This document shows, one piece after another, positions 39,961 to 53,229 of a stretch of 64,000 nucleotides of DNA. Numbering within the stretch: position 1 is the first letter of the stretch; every line of letters begins with the position of its first letter. The notes under the pieces were generated by a model. The model ran no database searches and had not been told where the DNA came from. It was given only the letters and a program-made list of their open reading frames with translations. Origin of the DNA: Eledone cirrhosa (taxonomy: Eukaryota); NCBI GenBank assembly GCA_964016885.1, contig OZ024744.1:22196001-22260000 (forward strand), read 5' to 3'. Both the position numbers and the translations under genes were made by a program.

Positions 39961-42900
39961 GGGTGACATAGATAACATAGGTGGGATGTTGTCGTGGTGG
40001 TCAGTTAGGTTGACATAGATAACATAGGTGGTATGTTGTCGTGGTCAGTTAGGTTGACATAGATAACATAGAGTGAGATGTTGTCGTGGTGGTCAGTTAG
40101 GTTGACATAGATAACATAGGTGGGATGTTGTCGTGTTGGTCAGTTATGTTGACATAGATAACATAGAGTGAGATGGTGACGTGGTGGTCAGTTAGGTTGA
40201 CATAGTTAACATAGGTGAGATGTTGTCGTGGTGGTCAGTTAGGTTGACATAGATAACATAGAGTGAGATGTTGTCGTGGTGGTCAGTTAGGTTGACATAG
40301 ATAACATATGTGGGTTGTTGTCGTGGTCAGTTAGGTTGACATAGATAACATAGGTGGGATGTTGTCGTGGTGGTCAGTTAGGTTGACATAGATAACATAG
40401 GTGGGATGTTGTCGTGGTCAGTTAGGTTGACATATATAACATAGAGTGAGATGTTGTCGTGGTTGTCAGTAAGGTTGACATAGATAACATAGAGTGAGAT
40501 GTTGTCGTGGTGGTCAGTTAGGTTGACATAGAAAACATAGGTGGGATGTTGTCGTGGTGGTCAGTTAGGTTGACATAGATAACATAGATGGGATGTTGTC
40601 GTGGTGGTCAGTTAGGTTGACATAGATAACATAGAGTGAGATGTTGTCGTGGTGGTCAGTTAGGTTGAAATAGATAACATAGAGTGAGATATTGTCGTGG
40701 TGGTCAGTTAGGTTGACATAGATAACATAGGTGGCATGTTGTCGTGGTGGTCAGTTAGGTTTACATAGATAACATAGAGCGATATGTTGTCGTGGTGGTC
40801 AGTTAGGTTGACATAGATAACATAGGTGGGATGTTGTCGTGGTGGTCAGTTATGTTGACATAGATAACATAGAGTGAGATGGTGACGTGGTGGTCAGTTA
40901 GGTTGACATAGTTAACATAGGTGAGATGTTGTCGTGGTGGTCAGTTAGGTTGACATAGATAACATAGAGTGAGATGTTGTCGTGGTGGTCAGTTAGGTTG
41001 ACATAGATAACATATGTGGGATGTTGTCGTGGTCAGTTAGGTTGACATAGATAACATAGGTGGGATGTTGTCGTGGTGGTCAGTTAGGTTGACATAGATA
41101 ACATAGGTGGGATGTTGTCGTGGTCAGTTAGGTTGACATATATAACATAGAGTGAGATGTTGTCGTGGTTGTCAGTAAGGTTGACATAGATAACATAGAG
41201 TGAGATGTTGTCGTGGTGGTCAGTTAGGTTGACATAGAAAACATAGGTGGGATGTTGTCGTGGTGGTCAGTTAGGTTGACATAGATAACATAGATGGGAT
41301 GTTGTCGTGGTGGTCAGTTAGGTTGACATAGATAACATAGAGTGAGATGTTGTCGTGGTGGTCAGTTAGGTTGACATAGATAACATAGAGTGAGATATTG
41401 TCGTGGTGGTCAGTTAGGTTGACATAGATAACATAGGTGGCATGTTGTCGTGGTGGTCAGTTAGGTTTACATAGATAACATAGAGTGATATGTTGTCGTG
41501 GTGGTCAGTTAGGTTGACATAGATAACATAGGTGAGATGTTGTCGTGGTGGTCAGTTAGGTTGACATAGATAATATAGAGTGAGATGTTGTCGTGGTGGT
41601 CAGTTAGGTTGACACAGATAACATAGGTGGGATGTTGTCGTGGTCAGTTAGGTTCACATAGATAACATAGGTGGGATGTTGTCGTGGTCAGTTAGGGTGA
41701 CATAGATAACATAGGTGGGATGTTGTCGTGGTGGTCAGTTAGGTTGACATAGATAACATAGGTGGTATGTTGTCGTGGTCAGTTAGGTTGACATAGATAA
41801 CATAGAGTGAGATGTTGTCGTGGTGGTCAGTTAGGTTGACATAGATAACATAGGTGGGATGTTGTCGTGTTGGTCAGTTATGTTGACATAGATAACATAG
41901 AGTGAGATGGTGACGTGGTGGTCAGTTAGGTTGACATAGTTAACATAGGTGAGATGTTGTCGTGGTGGTCAGTTAGGTTGACATAGATAACATAGAGTGA
42001 GATGTTGTCGTGGTGGTCAGTTAGGTTGACATAGATAACATATGTGGGATGTTGTCGTGGTCAGTTAGGTTGACATAGATAACATAGGTGGGATGTTGTC
42101 GTGGTGGTCAGTTAGGTTGACATAGATAACATAGGTGGGATGTTGTCGTGGTCAGTTAGGTTGACATATATAACATAGAGTGAGATGTTGTCGTGGTTGT
42201 CAGTAAGGTTGACATAGATAACATAGAGTGAGATGTTGTCGTGGTGGTCAGTTAGGTTGACATAGAAAACATAGGTGGGATGTTGTCGTGGTGGTCAGTT
42301 AGGTTGACATAGATAACATAAATGGGATGTTGTCGTGGTGGTCAGTTAGGTTGACATAGATAACATAGAGTGAGATGTTGTCGTGGTGGTCAGTTAGGTT
42401 GAAATAGATAACATAGAGTGAGATATTGTCGTGGTGGTCAGTTAGGTTGACATAGATAACATAGGTGGCATGTTGTCGTGGTGGTCAGTTAGGTTTACAT
42501 AGATAACATAGAGTGATATGTTGTCGTGGTGGTCAGTTAGGTTGACATAGATAACATAGGTGGGATGTTGTCGTGGTGGTCAGTTAGGTTGACATAGTTA
42601 ACATAGGTGGGATGTTGTCGTGGTGGTCAGTTAGGTTGACATAGATAACATAGGTGGGATGTTGTCGTGGTGGTCAGTTAGGTTGACATAGATAACATAG
42701 AGTCAGATGTTGTCGTGGTGGTCAGTTAGGTTGACATAGATAACATAGAGTGAGATGCTGTCGTGGTGGTCAGTTAGGTTGACATAGATAACATAGGTGG
42801 GATGTTGTCGTGGTGGTCAGTTAGGTTGACATAGATAACATAGAGTGGGATGTAGTCGTTGTGGTCAGTTAGGTTGACATAGATAACATAGAGTGAGATG

Positions 42901-43700
42901 TTGTCATGGTGGTCAGTTAGGTTGACATAGATAACATAGGTGGGATGTTGTCGTGGTGGTCAGTTAGGTTGACATAGATAACATAGATGGGATGTTGTCG
43001 TGGTCAGTTAGTTTGACATAGATAACATAGAGTGAGATGTTGTCGTGGTGGTCAGTTAGGTTGACATAGATAACATAGGTGGGATGTTGTCGTGGTGGTC
43101 AGTTAGGTTGACATAGATAACATAGGTGGGATGTTGTCGTGGTCAGTTAGGTTGACATAGATAACATAGGTGGGATGTTGTCGTGGTGGTCAGTTAGGTT
43201 GACATAGATAACATAGGTGGGATGTTGTCGTGGTCAGTTAGGTTGACATATATAACATAGAGTGAGATGTTGTCGTGGTTGTCAGTTAGGTTGACATAGA
43301 TAACATAGAGTGAGATGTTGTCGTGGTGGACAGTTAGGTTGACATAGAAAACATAGGTGGGATGTTGTCGTGGTGGTCAGTTAGGTTGACATAGATAACA
43401 TAGGTGGGATGTTGTCGTGGTGGTCAGTTAGGTTGACATAGATAACATAGAGTGAGATGTTGTCGTGGTGGTCAGTTAGGTTGACATAGATAACATAGAG
43501 TGAGATATTGTCGTGGTGGTCAGTTAGGTTGACATAGATAACATAGGTGGGATGTAGTCGTGGTGGTCAGTTAGGTTGACATAGTTAACATAGGTGGGAT
43601 GTTGTCGTGGTGGTCAGTTAGGTTGACATAGATAACAAAGGTGGGATGTTGTCGTGGTCAGTTAGTTTGACATAGATAACATAGAGTGAGATGTTGTCGT
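26200..43700. repeat. Array sub-domain 2 (transitional), containing a 1,028-bp HOR of about 22 monomers
   Basis: New variants TTAGATGGAC, TAGCTTGAC, GTCGTCGTGTTCAG, GACACAG, ATACAGTGAG and GTGTTGG appear. The AATATAGAG...GACACAG...GTTCACAT cassette lies at 30183 and 31211 (1,028 bp apart) and at 38901 and 39838 (937 = 1,028 - 91). Confidence 0.7.
29509..35911. repeat. Apparently perfect 3,180-bp tandem duplication
   Basis: Printed lines 29521-32641 match lines 32701-35821 wherever compared, including rare variants. Flanking mismatches are at 29508/32688 and 32732/35912. Confidence 0.93.
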
Positions 43701-46404
43701 GGTGGTCAGTTAGGTTGACATAGATAACATAGAGTGAGATGTTGTCGTGGTGGTCTTTTAGGTTGACATAGATAACATAGGTGGGATGTTGTCGTGGTGG
43801 TCAGTTAGGTTGACATAGATAACATAGGTGAGATGTTGTCGTGGTGGTCAGTTAGGTTGACATAGATAACATAGAGTGAGATGTTGTCGTGGTGGTCAGT
43901 TAGGTTGACATAGATAACATAGGTGGGATGTTGTCGTGGTGGTCAGTTAGGTTGACATAGATAACATTGGTGAGATGTTGTCGTGGTGGTCAGTTAGGTT
44001 GACATAGATAACATTGGTGAGATGTTGTCGTGGTGGTCAGTTAGGTTGACACAGATAACATAGGTGGGATGTTGTCGGGGTGGTCAGTTAGGTTGACATA
44101 GATAACATAGAGTGAGATGTTGTCGTGGTGGTCAGGTAGGTTGACATAGATAACATAGGTGGGATGTTGTTGTGGTGGCCAGTTAGGTTGACATAGATAA
44201 CATTGGTGTGATGTTGTAGTGGTGGTCAGTTAGGTTGACATAGATAACATTTGTGAGATGTTGTCGTGGTGGTCAGTTAGGTTGACACAGATAACATAGG
44301 TGGGATGTTGGGGTGGTGGTCAGTTAGGTTGACATAGATAACATAGAGTGAGATGTTTTCGTGGTGGTCAGTTAGGTTGACATAGATAACATAGAGTGAG
44401 ATGTTGTCGTGGTGGTCAGTTAGGTTGACATAGATAACATAGGTGGGATGTTGTCGTGGTCAGTTAGGTTGACATAGATAACATAGAGTGAGATGTTGTC
44501 GTCGTGGTCAGTTAGGCTGACATAGAGAGCATAGAGTGAGATGTTGTTGTGGTCAGTTAGGTTGACGTAGATAACATAGAGTGAGATGTTGTCGTGGTGG
44601 TCAGTTTGGTTGACATAGATAACATAGGTGGGATGTTGTCGTGGTGGTCAGTTACGTTGACATAGATAACATAGGTGAGATGTTGTCGTGGTGGTCAGTT
44701 AGGTTGACATAGATAAAATAGAGTGAGATGTTGTCGTTGTGGTCAGTTAGGTTGCCATAGATAACAAAGAGTAAGATGTTGTCGTGGTGGTCAGATAGCT
44801 GGACATAGATAACATAGGTGGGATGTTGTCGTGGTGGTCAGTTAGGTTTACATAGATAACATAGAGTGAGATGTTGTCGTGGTGGTCTTTTAAGTTGACA
44901 TAGATAACATAGGTGGGATGTTGTCGTGGTGGTCAGTTAGGTTGACATAGATAACATAGGTGAGATGTTGTCGTGGTGGTCAGTTAGGTTGACATAGATA
45001 ACATAGGTGGGATGTTGTCGTGGTGGTCAGTTAGGTTGACATAGATAACATTGGTGAGATGTTGTCGTTGTGGTCAGTTAGGTTGCCATAGATAACAAAG
45101 AGTAAGATGTTGTCGTGGTGGTCAGATAGCTGGACATAGATAACATAGGTGGGATGTTGTCGTGGTGGTCAGTTAGGTTGACATAGATAATATTGGTGAG
45201 ATGTTGTCGTTGTGGTCAGTTAGGTTGCCATAGATAACAAAGAGTAAGATGTTGTCGTGGTGGTCAGATAGCTGGACATAGATAACATAGGTGGGATGTT
45301 GTCGTGGTGGTCAGTTAGGTTTACATAGATAACATAGAGTGAGATGTTGTCGTGGTGGTCTTTTAGGTTGACATAGATAACATAGGTGGGATGTTGTCGT
45401 GGTGGTCAGTTAGGTTGACATAGATAACATAGGTGAGATGTTGTCGTGGTGGTCAGTTAGGTTGACATAGATAACATAGAGTGAGATGTTGTCGTGGTGG
45501 TCAGTTAGGTTGACATAGATAACATAGGTGGGATGTTGTCGTGGTGGTCAGTTAGGTTGACATAGATAACATTGGTGAGATGTTGTCGTGGTGGTCAGTT
45601 AGGTTGACATAGATAACATTGGTGAGATGTTGTCGTGGTGGTCAGTTAGGTTGACATAGATAACTTTTGTGAGATGTTGTCGTGGTGGTCAGTTAGGTTG
45701 ACACAGATAACATAGGTGGGATGTTGGGGTGGTGGTCAGTTAGGTTGACATAGATAACATAGAGTGAGATGTTTTCGTGGTGGTCAGTTAGGTTGACATA
45801 GATAACATAGAGTGAGATGTTGTCGTGGTGGTCAGTTAGGTTGACATAGATAACATAGGTGGGATGTTGTCGTGGTCAGTTAGGTTGACATAGATAACAT
45901 AGAGTGAGATGTTGTCGTCGTGGTCAGTTAGGCTGATATAGAGAGCATAGAGTGAGATGTTGTTGTGGTCAGTTAGGTTGACATAGATAACATAGAGTGA
46001 GATGTTGTCGTGGTGGTCAGTTTGGTTGACATGGATAACATAGGTGGGATGTTGTCGTGGTGGTCAGTTGCGTTGACATAGATAACATAGGTGAGATGTT
46101 GTCGTGGTGGTCAGTTAGGTTGACATAGATAACATAGAGTGAGATGTTGTCGTTGTGGTCAGTTAGGTTGCCATAGATAACAAAGAGTAAGATGTTGTCG
46201 TGGTGGTCAGATAGCTGGACATAGATAACATAGGTGGGATGTTGTCGTGGTGGTCAGTTAGGTTTACATAGATAACATAGAGTGAGATGTTGTCGTGGTG
46301 GTCTTTTAGGTTGACATAGATAACATAGGTGGGATGTTGTCGTGGTGGTCAGTTAGGTTGACATAGATAACATAGGTGAGATGTTGTCGTGGTGGTCAGT
46401 TAGG

Positions 46405-49400
46405 TTGACATAGATAACATAGGTGGGATGTTGTCGTGGTGGTCAGTTAGGTTGACATAGATAACATTGGTGAGATGTTGTCGTTGTGGTCAGTTAGGTT
46501 GCCATAGATAACAAAGAGTAAGATGTTGTCGTGGTGGTCAGATAGCTGGACATAGATAATATAGGTGGGATGTTGTCGTGGTGGTCAGTTAGGTTTACAT
46601 AGATAACATAGAGTGAGATGTTGTCGTGGTGGTCTTTTAGGTTGACATAGATAACATAGGTGGGATGTTGTCGTGGTGGTCAGTTAGGTTGACATAGATA
46701 ACATAGGTGAGATGTTGTCGTGGTGGTCAGTTAGGTTGACATAGATAACATAGAGTGAGATGTTGTCGTGGTGGTCAGTTAGGTTGGCATAGATAACATA
46801 GAGTGAGATGTTGTCGTGGTGGTCAGGTAGGTTGACATAGATAACATATGTGGGATGCTGTTGTGGTGGCCAGTTAGGTTGACATAGATAACATTGGTGT
46901 GATGTTGTAGTGGTGGTCAGTTAGGTTGACATAGATAACATTTGTGAGATGTTGTCGTGGTGGTCAGTTAGGTTGACACAGATAACATAGGTGGGATGTT
47001 GGGGTGGTGGTCAGTTAGGTTGACATAGATAACATAGAGTGAGATGTTTTTGTGGTGGTCAGTTAGGTTGACATAGATAACATAGAGTGAGATGTTGTCG
47101 TGGTGGTCAGTTAGGTTGACATAGATAACATAGGTGGGATGTTGTCGTGGTCAGTTAGGTTGACATAGATAACAAAGAGTGAGATGTTGTCGTGGTGGTC
47201 ATTTAGGTTGACATAGATAACATAGGTGGGATGTTGTCGTGGTGGTCAGTTAGGTTGACATAGATAACATAGGTGAGATGTTGTCGTGGTGGTCAGTTAG
47301 GTTGACATAGATAACATAGAGTGAGATGTTGTCGTGGTGGTCAGTTAGGTTGACATAGATAACATAGGTGGGATGTTGTCGTGGTGGTCAGTTAGGTTGA
47401 CATAGATAACATTGGTGAGATGTTGTCGTGGTGGTCAGTTAGGTTGACATAGATAACATTGGTGAGATGTTGTCGTGGTGGTCAGTTAGGTTGACACAGA
47501 TAACATAGGTGGGATGTTGTCGGGGTGGTCAGTTAGGTTGACATAGATGACATAGAGTGAGATGTTGTCGTGGTGGTCAGGTAGGTTGACATAGATAACA
47601 TAGGTGGGATGTTGTTGTGGTGGCCAGTTAGGTTGACATAGATAACATTGGTGTGATGTTGTTGTGGTGGTCAGTTAGGTTGACATAGATAACATTTGTG
47701 AGATGTTGTCGTGGTGGTCAGTTATGTTGACACAGATAACATAGGTGGGATGTTGGGGTGGTGGTCAGTTAGGTTGACATAGATAACATAGAGTGAGATG
47801 TTTTCGTGGTGGTCAGTTAGGTTGACATAGATAACATAGAGTGAGATGTTGTCGTGGTGGTCAGTTAGGTTGACATAGATAACATAGGTGGGATGTTGTC
47901 GTGGTGGTCAGTTAGGTTGACATAGATAACATAGAGTGAGATGTTGTCGTGGTGGTCTTTTAGGTTGACATAGATAACATAGGTGGGATGTTGTCGTGGT
48001 GGTCAGTTAGGTTGACATAGATAACATAGGTGAGATGTTGTCGTGGTGGTCAGTTAGGTTGACATAGATAACATAGAGTGAGATGTTGTCGTGGTGGTCA
48101 GTTAGGTTGACATAGATAACATAGGTGGGATGTTGTCGTGGTGGTCAGTTAGGTTGACATAGATAACATTGGTGAGATGTTGTCGTGGTGGTCAGTTAGG
48201 TTGACATATATAAAATTGGTGAGATGTTGTCGTGGTGGTCAATTAGGTTGACACAGATAACATAGGTGGGATGTTGTCGGGGTGGTCAGTTAGGTTGACA
48301 TAGATAACATAGAGTGAGATGTTGTCGTGGTGGTCAGGTAGGTTGACATAGATAACATAGGTGGGATGTTGTTGTGGTGGTCAGTTAGGTTGACATAGAT
48401 AACATTGGTGTGATGTTGTAGTGGTGGTCAGTTAGGTTGACATAGATAACATTTGTGAGATGTTGTCGTGGTGGTCAGTTAGATTGACACAGATAACATA
48501 GGTGGGATGTTGGGGTGGTGGTCAGTTAGGTTGACATAGATAACATAGAGTGAGATGTTTTCGTGGTGGTCAGTTAGGTTGACATAGATAACATAGAGTG
48601 AGATGTTGTCGTGGTGGTCAGTTAGGTTGACATAGATAACATAGGTGGGATGTTGTCGTGGTCAGTTAGGTTGACATAGATAACATAGAGTGAGATGTTG
48701 TCGTCGTTGTCAGTTAGGCTGACATAGAGAGCATAGAGTGAGATGTTGTTGTGGTCAGTTAGGTTGACATAGATAACATAGAGTGAGATGTTGTCGTGGT
48801 GGTCAGTTTGGTTGACATAGATAACATAGGTGGGATGTTGTCATGGTGGTCAGTTACGTTGACATAGATAACATAGGTGAGATGTTGTCGTGGTGGTCAG
48901 TTAGGTTGACATAGATAACATAGAGTGAGATGTTGTCGTTGTGGTCAGTTAGGTTGCCATAGATAACAAAGAGTAAGATATTGTCGTGGAGGTCAGATAG
49001 CTGGACATAGATAACATAGGTGGGATGTTGTCGTGGTGGTCAGTTAGGTTTACATAGATAACATAGAGTGAGATGTTGTCGTGGTGGTCTTTTAGCTTGA
49101 CATAGATAACATAGGTGGGATGTTGTCGTGGTGGTCAGTTAGGTTGACATAGATAACATAGGTGAGATGTTGTCGTGGTGGTCAGTTAGGTTGACATAGA
49201 TAACATAGAGTGAGATGTTGTCGTGGTGGTCAGTTAGGTTGACATAGATAACATAGGTGGGATGTTGTCGTGGTGGTCAGTTAGGTTGACATAGATAACA
49301 TTGGTGAGATGTTGTCGTGGTGGTCAGTTAGGTTGACATAGATAACATTGGTGAGATGTTGTCGTGGTGGTCAGTTAGGTTGACACAGATAACATAGGTG

Positions 49401-52400
49401 GGATGTTGTCGGGGTGGTCAGTTAGGTTGACATAGATAACATAGAGTGAGATGTTGTCGTGGTGGTCAGGTAGGTTGACATAGATAACATAGGTGGGATG
49501 TTGTTGTGGTGGTCAGTTAGATTGACACAGATAACATAGGTGGGATGTTGGGGTGGTGGTCAGTTAGGTTGACATAGATAACATAGAGTGAGATGTTGTC
49601 GTGGTGGTCTTTTAGCTTGACATAGATAACATAGGTGGGATGTTGTCGTGGTGGTCAGTTAGGTTGACATAGATAACATTGGTGAGATGTTGTCGTTGTG
49701 GTCAGTTAGGTTGCCATAGATAACAAAGAGTAAGATGTTGTCGTGGTGGTCAGATAGCTGGACATAGATAATATAGGTGGGATGTTGTCGTGGTGGTCAG
49801 TTAGGTTTACATAGATAACATAGAGTGAGATGTTGTCGTGGTGGTCTTTTAGGTTGACATAGATAACATAGGTGGGATGTTGTCGTGGTGGTCAGTTAGG
49901 TTGACATAGATAACATAGGTGAGATGTTGTCGTGGTGGTCAGTTAGGTTGACATAGATAACATAGAGTGAGATGTTGTCGTGGTGGTCAGTTAGGTTGAC
50001 ATAGATAACATAGAGTGAGATGTTGTCGTGGTGGTCAGGTAGGTTGACATAGATAACATATGTGGGATGCTGTTGTGGTGGCCAGTTAGGTTGACATAGA
50101 TAACATTGGTGTGATGTTGTAGTGGTGGTCAGTTAGGTTGACATAGATAACATTTGTGAGATGTTGTCGTGGTGGTCAGTTAGGTTGACACAGATAACAT
50201 AGGTGGGATGTTGGGGTGGTGGTCATTTAGGTTGACATAGATAACATAGAGTGAGATGTTTTTGTGGTGGTCAGTTAGGTTGACATAGATAACATAGAGT
50301 GAGATGTTGTCGTGGTGGTCAGTTAGGTTGACATAGATAACATAGGTGGGATGTTGTCGTGGTCAGTTAGGTTGACATAGATAACAAAGAGTGAGATGTT
50401 GTCGTGGTGGTCATTTAGGTTGACATAGATAACATAGGTGGGATGTTGTCGTGGTGGTCAGTTAGGTTGACATAGATAACATAGGTGAGATGTTGTCGTG
50501 GTGGTCAGTTAGGTTGACATAGATAACATAGAGTGAGATGTTGTCGTGGTGGTCAGTTAGGTTGACATAGATAACATAGGTGGGATGTTGTCGTGGTGGT
50601 CAGTTAGGTTGACATAGATAACATTGGTGAGATGTTGTCGTGGTGGTCAGTTAGGTTGACATAGATAACATTGGTGAGATGTTGTCGTGGTGGTCAGTTA
50701 GGTTGACACAGATAACATAGGTGGGATGTTGTCGGGGTGGTCAGTTAGGTTGACATAGATGACATAGAGTGAGATGTTGTCGTGGTGGTCAGGTAGGTTG
50801 ACATAGATAACATAGGTGGGATGTTGTTGTGGTGGCCAGTTAGGTTGACATAGATAACATTGGTGTGATGTTGTTGTGGTGGTCAGTTAGGTTGACATAG
50901 ATAACATTTGTGAGATGTTGTCGTGGTGGTCAGTTATGTTGACACAGATAACATAGGTGGGATGTTGGGGTGGTGGTCAGTTAGGTTGACATAGATAACA
51001 TAGAGTGAGATGTTTTCGTGGTGGTCAGTTAGGTTGACATAGATAACATAGAGTGAGATGTTGTCGTGGTGGTCAGTTAGGTTGACATAGATAACATAGG
51101 TGGGATGTTGTCGTGGTGGTCAGTTAGGTTGACATAGATAACATAGAGTGAGATGTTGTCGTGGTGGTCTTTTAGGTTGACATAGATAACATAGGTGGGA
51201 TGTTGTCGTGGTGGTCAGTTAGGTTGACATAGATAACATAGGTGAGATGTTGTCGTGGTGGTCAGTTAGGTTGACATAGATAACATAGAGTGAGATGTTG
51301 TCGTGGTGGTCAGTTAGGTTGACATAGATAACATAGGTGGGATGTTGTCGTGGTGGTCAGTTAGGTTGACATAGATAACATTGGTGAGATGTTGTCGTGG
51401 TGGTCAGTTAGGTTGACATATATAAAATTGGTGAGATGTTGTCGTGGTGGTCAATTAGGTTGACACAGATAACATAGGTGGGATGTTGTCGGGGTGGTCA
51501 GTTAGGTTGACATAGATAACATAGAGTGAGATGTTGTCGTGGTGGTCAGGTAGGTTGACATAGATAACATAGGTGGGATGTTGTTGTGGTGGTCAGTTAG
51601 GTTGACATAGATAACATTGGTGTGATGTTGTAGTGGTGGTCAGTTAGGTTGACATAGATAACATTTGTGAGATGTTGTCGTGGTGGTCAGTTAGATTGAC
51701 ACAGATAACATAGGTGGGATGTTGGGGTGGTGGTCAGTTAGGTTGACATAGATAACATAGAGTGAGATGTTTTCGTGGTGGTCAGTTAGGTTGACATAGA
51801 TAACATAGAGTGAGATGTTGTCGTGGTGGTCAGTTAGGTTGACATAGATAACATAGGTGGGATGTTGTCGTGGTCAGTTAGGTTGACATAGATAACATAG
51901 AGTGAGATGTTGTCGTCGTTGTCAGTTAGGCTGACATAGAGAGCATAGAGTGAGATGTTGTTGTGGTCAGTTAGGTTGACATAGATAACATAGAGTGAGA
52001 TGTTGTCGTGGTGGTCAGTTTGGTTGACATAGATAACATAGGTGGGATGTTGTCATGGTGGTCAGTTACGTTGACATAGATAACATAGGTGAGATGTTGT
52101 CGTGGTGGTCAGTTAGGTTGACATAGATAACATAGAGTGAGATGTTGTCGTTGTGGTCAGTTAGGTTGCCATAGATAACAAAGAGTAAGATATTGTCGTG
52201 GAGGTCAGATAGCTGGACATAGATAACATAGGTGGGATGTTGTCGTGGTGGTCAGTTAGGTTTACATAGATAACATAGAGTGAGATGTTGTCGTGGTGGT
52301 CTTTTAGCTTGACATAGATAACATAGGTGGGATGTTGTCGTGGTGGTCAGTTAGGTTGACATAGATAACATAGGTGAGATGTTGTCGTGGTGGTCAGTTA

Positions 52401-52732
52401 GGTTGACATAGATAACATAGAGTGAGATGTTGTCGTGGTGGTCAGTTAGGTTGACATAGATAACATAGGTGGGATGTTGTCGTGGTGGTCAGTTAGGTTG
52501 ACATAGATAACATTGGTGAGATGTTGTCGTGGTGGTCAGTTAGGTTGACATAGATAACATTGGTGAGATGTTGTCGTGGTGGTCAGTTAGGTTGACACAG
52601 ATAACATAGGTGGGATGTTGTCGGGGTGGTCAGTTAGGTTGACATAGATAACATAGAGTGAGATGTTGTCGTGGTGGTCAGGTAGGTTGACATAGATAAC
52701 ATAGGTGGGATGTTGTTGTGGTGGTCAGTTAG
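46405..52732. repeat. 3,212-bp offset near-tandem duplication
   Basis: Variants match at offset 3,212: GATGAC 47549/50761, TAAAATTGG 48211/51423, TTGTCGTGGAGG 48981/52193. Confidence 0.88.
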
Positions 52733-53229
52733 GTTGACATAGATAACATTGGTGTGATGTTGTAGTGGTGGTCAGTTAGGTTGACGTAGATAACATAGAG
52801 TGAGATGTTGTCGTGGTGGTCAGTTTGGTTGACATAGATAACATAGGTGTGATGTTGTCGTGGTGGTCAGTTACGTTGACATAGATAACATAGGTGAGAT
52901 GTTGTCGTGGTGGTCAGTTAGGTTGACATAGATAAAATAGAGTGAGATGTTGTCGTTGTGGTCAGTTAGGTTGCCATAGATAACAAAGAGTAAGATGTTG
53001 TCGTGGTGGTCAGATAGCTGGACATAGATAACATAGGTGGGATGTTGTCGTGGTGGTCAGTTAGGTTTACATAGATAACATAGAGTGAGATGTTGTCGTG
53101 GTGGTCTTTTAGGTTGACATAGATAACATAGGTGGGATGTTGTCGTGGTGGTCAGTTAGGTTGACATAGATAACATAGGTGAGATGTTGTCGTGGTGGTC
53201 AGTTAGGTTGACATAGATAACATAGATGG

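Noticed and set aside
44510-44550. Compensatory evolution of the hairpins (GGCTGAC perfects stem 1)
   Set aside because: This is a single case. The neighbouring GAGAGCAT/ATGTTGTT changes weaken stem 2 and many other variants disrupt pairing, so there is no covariation support.
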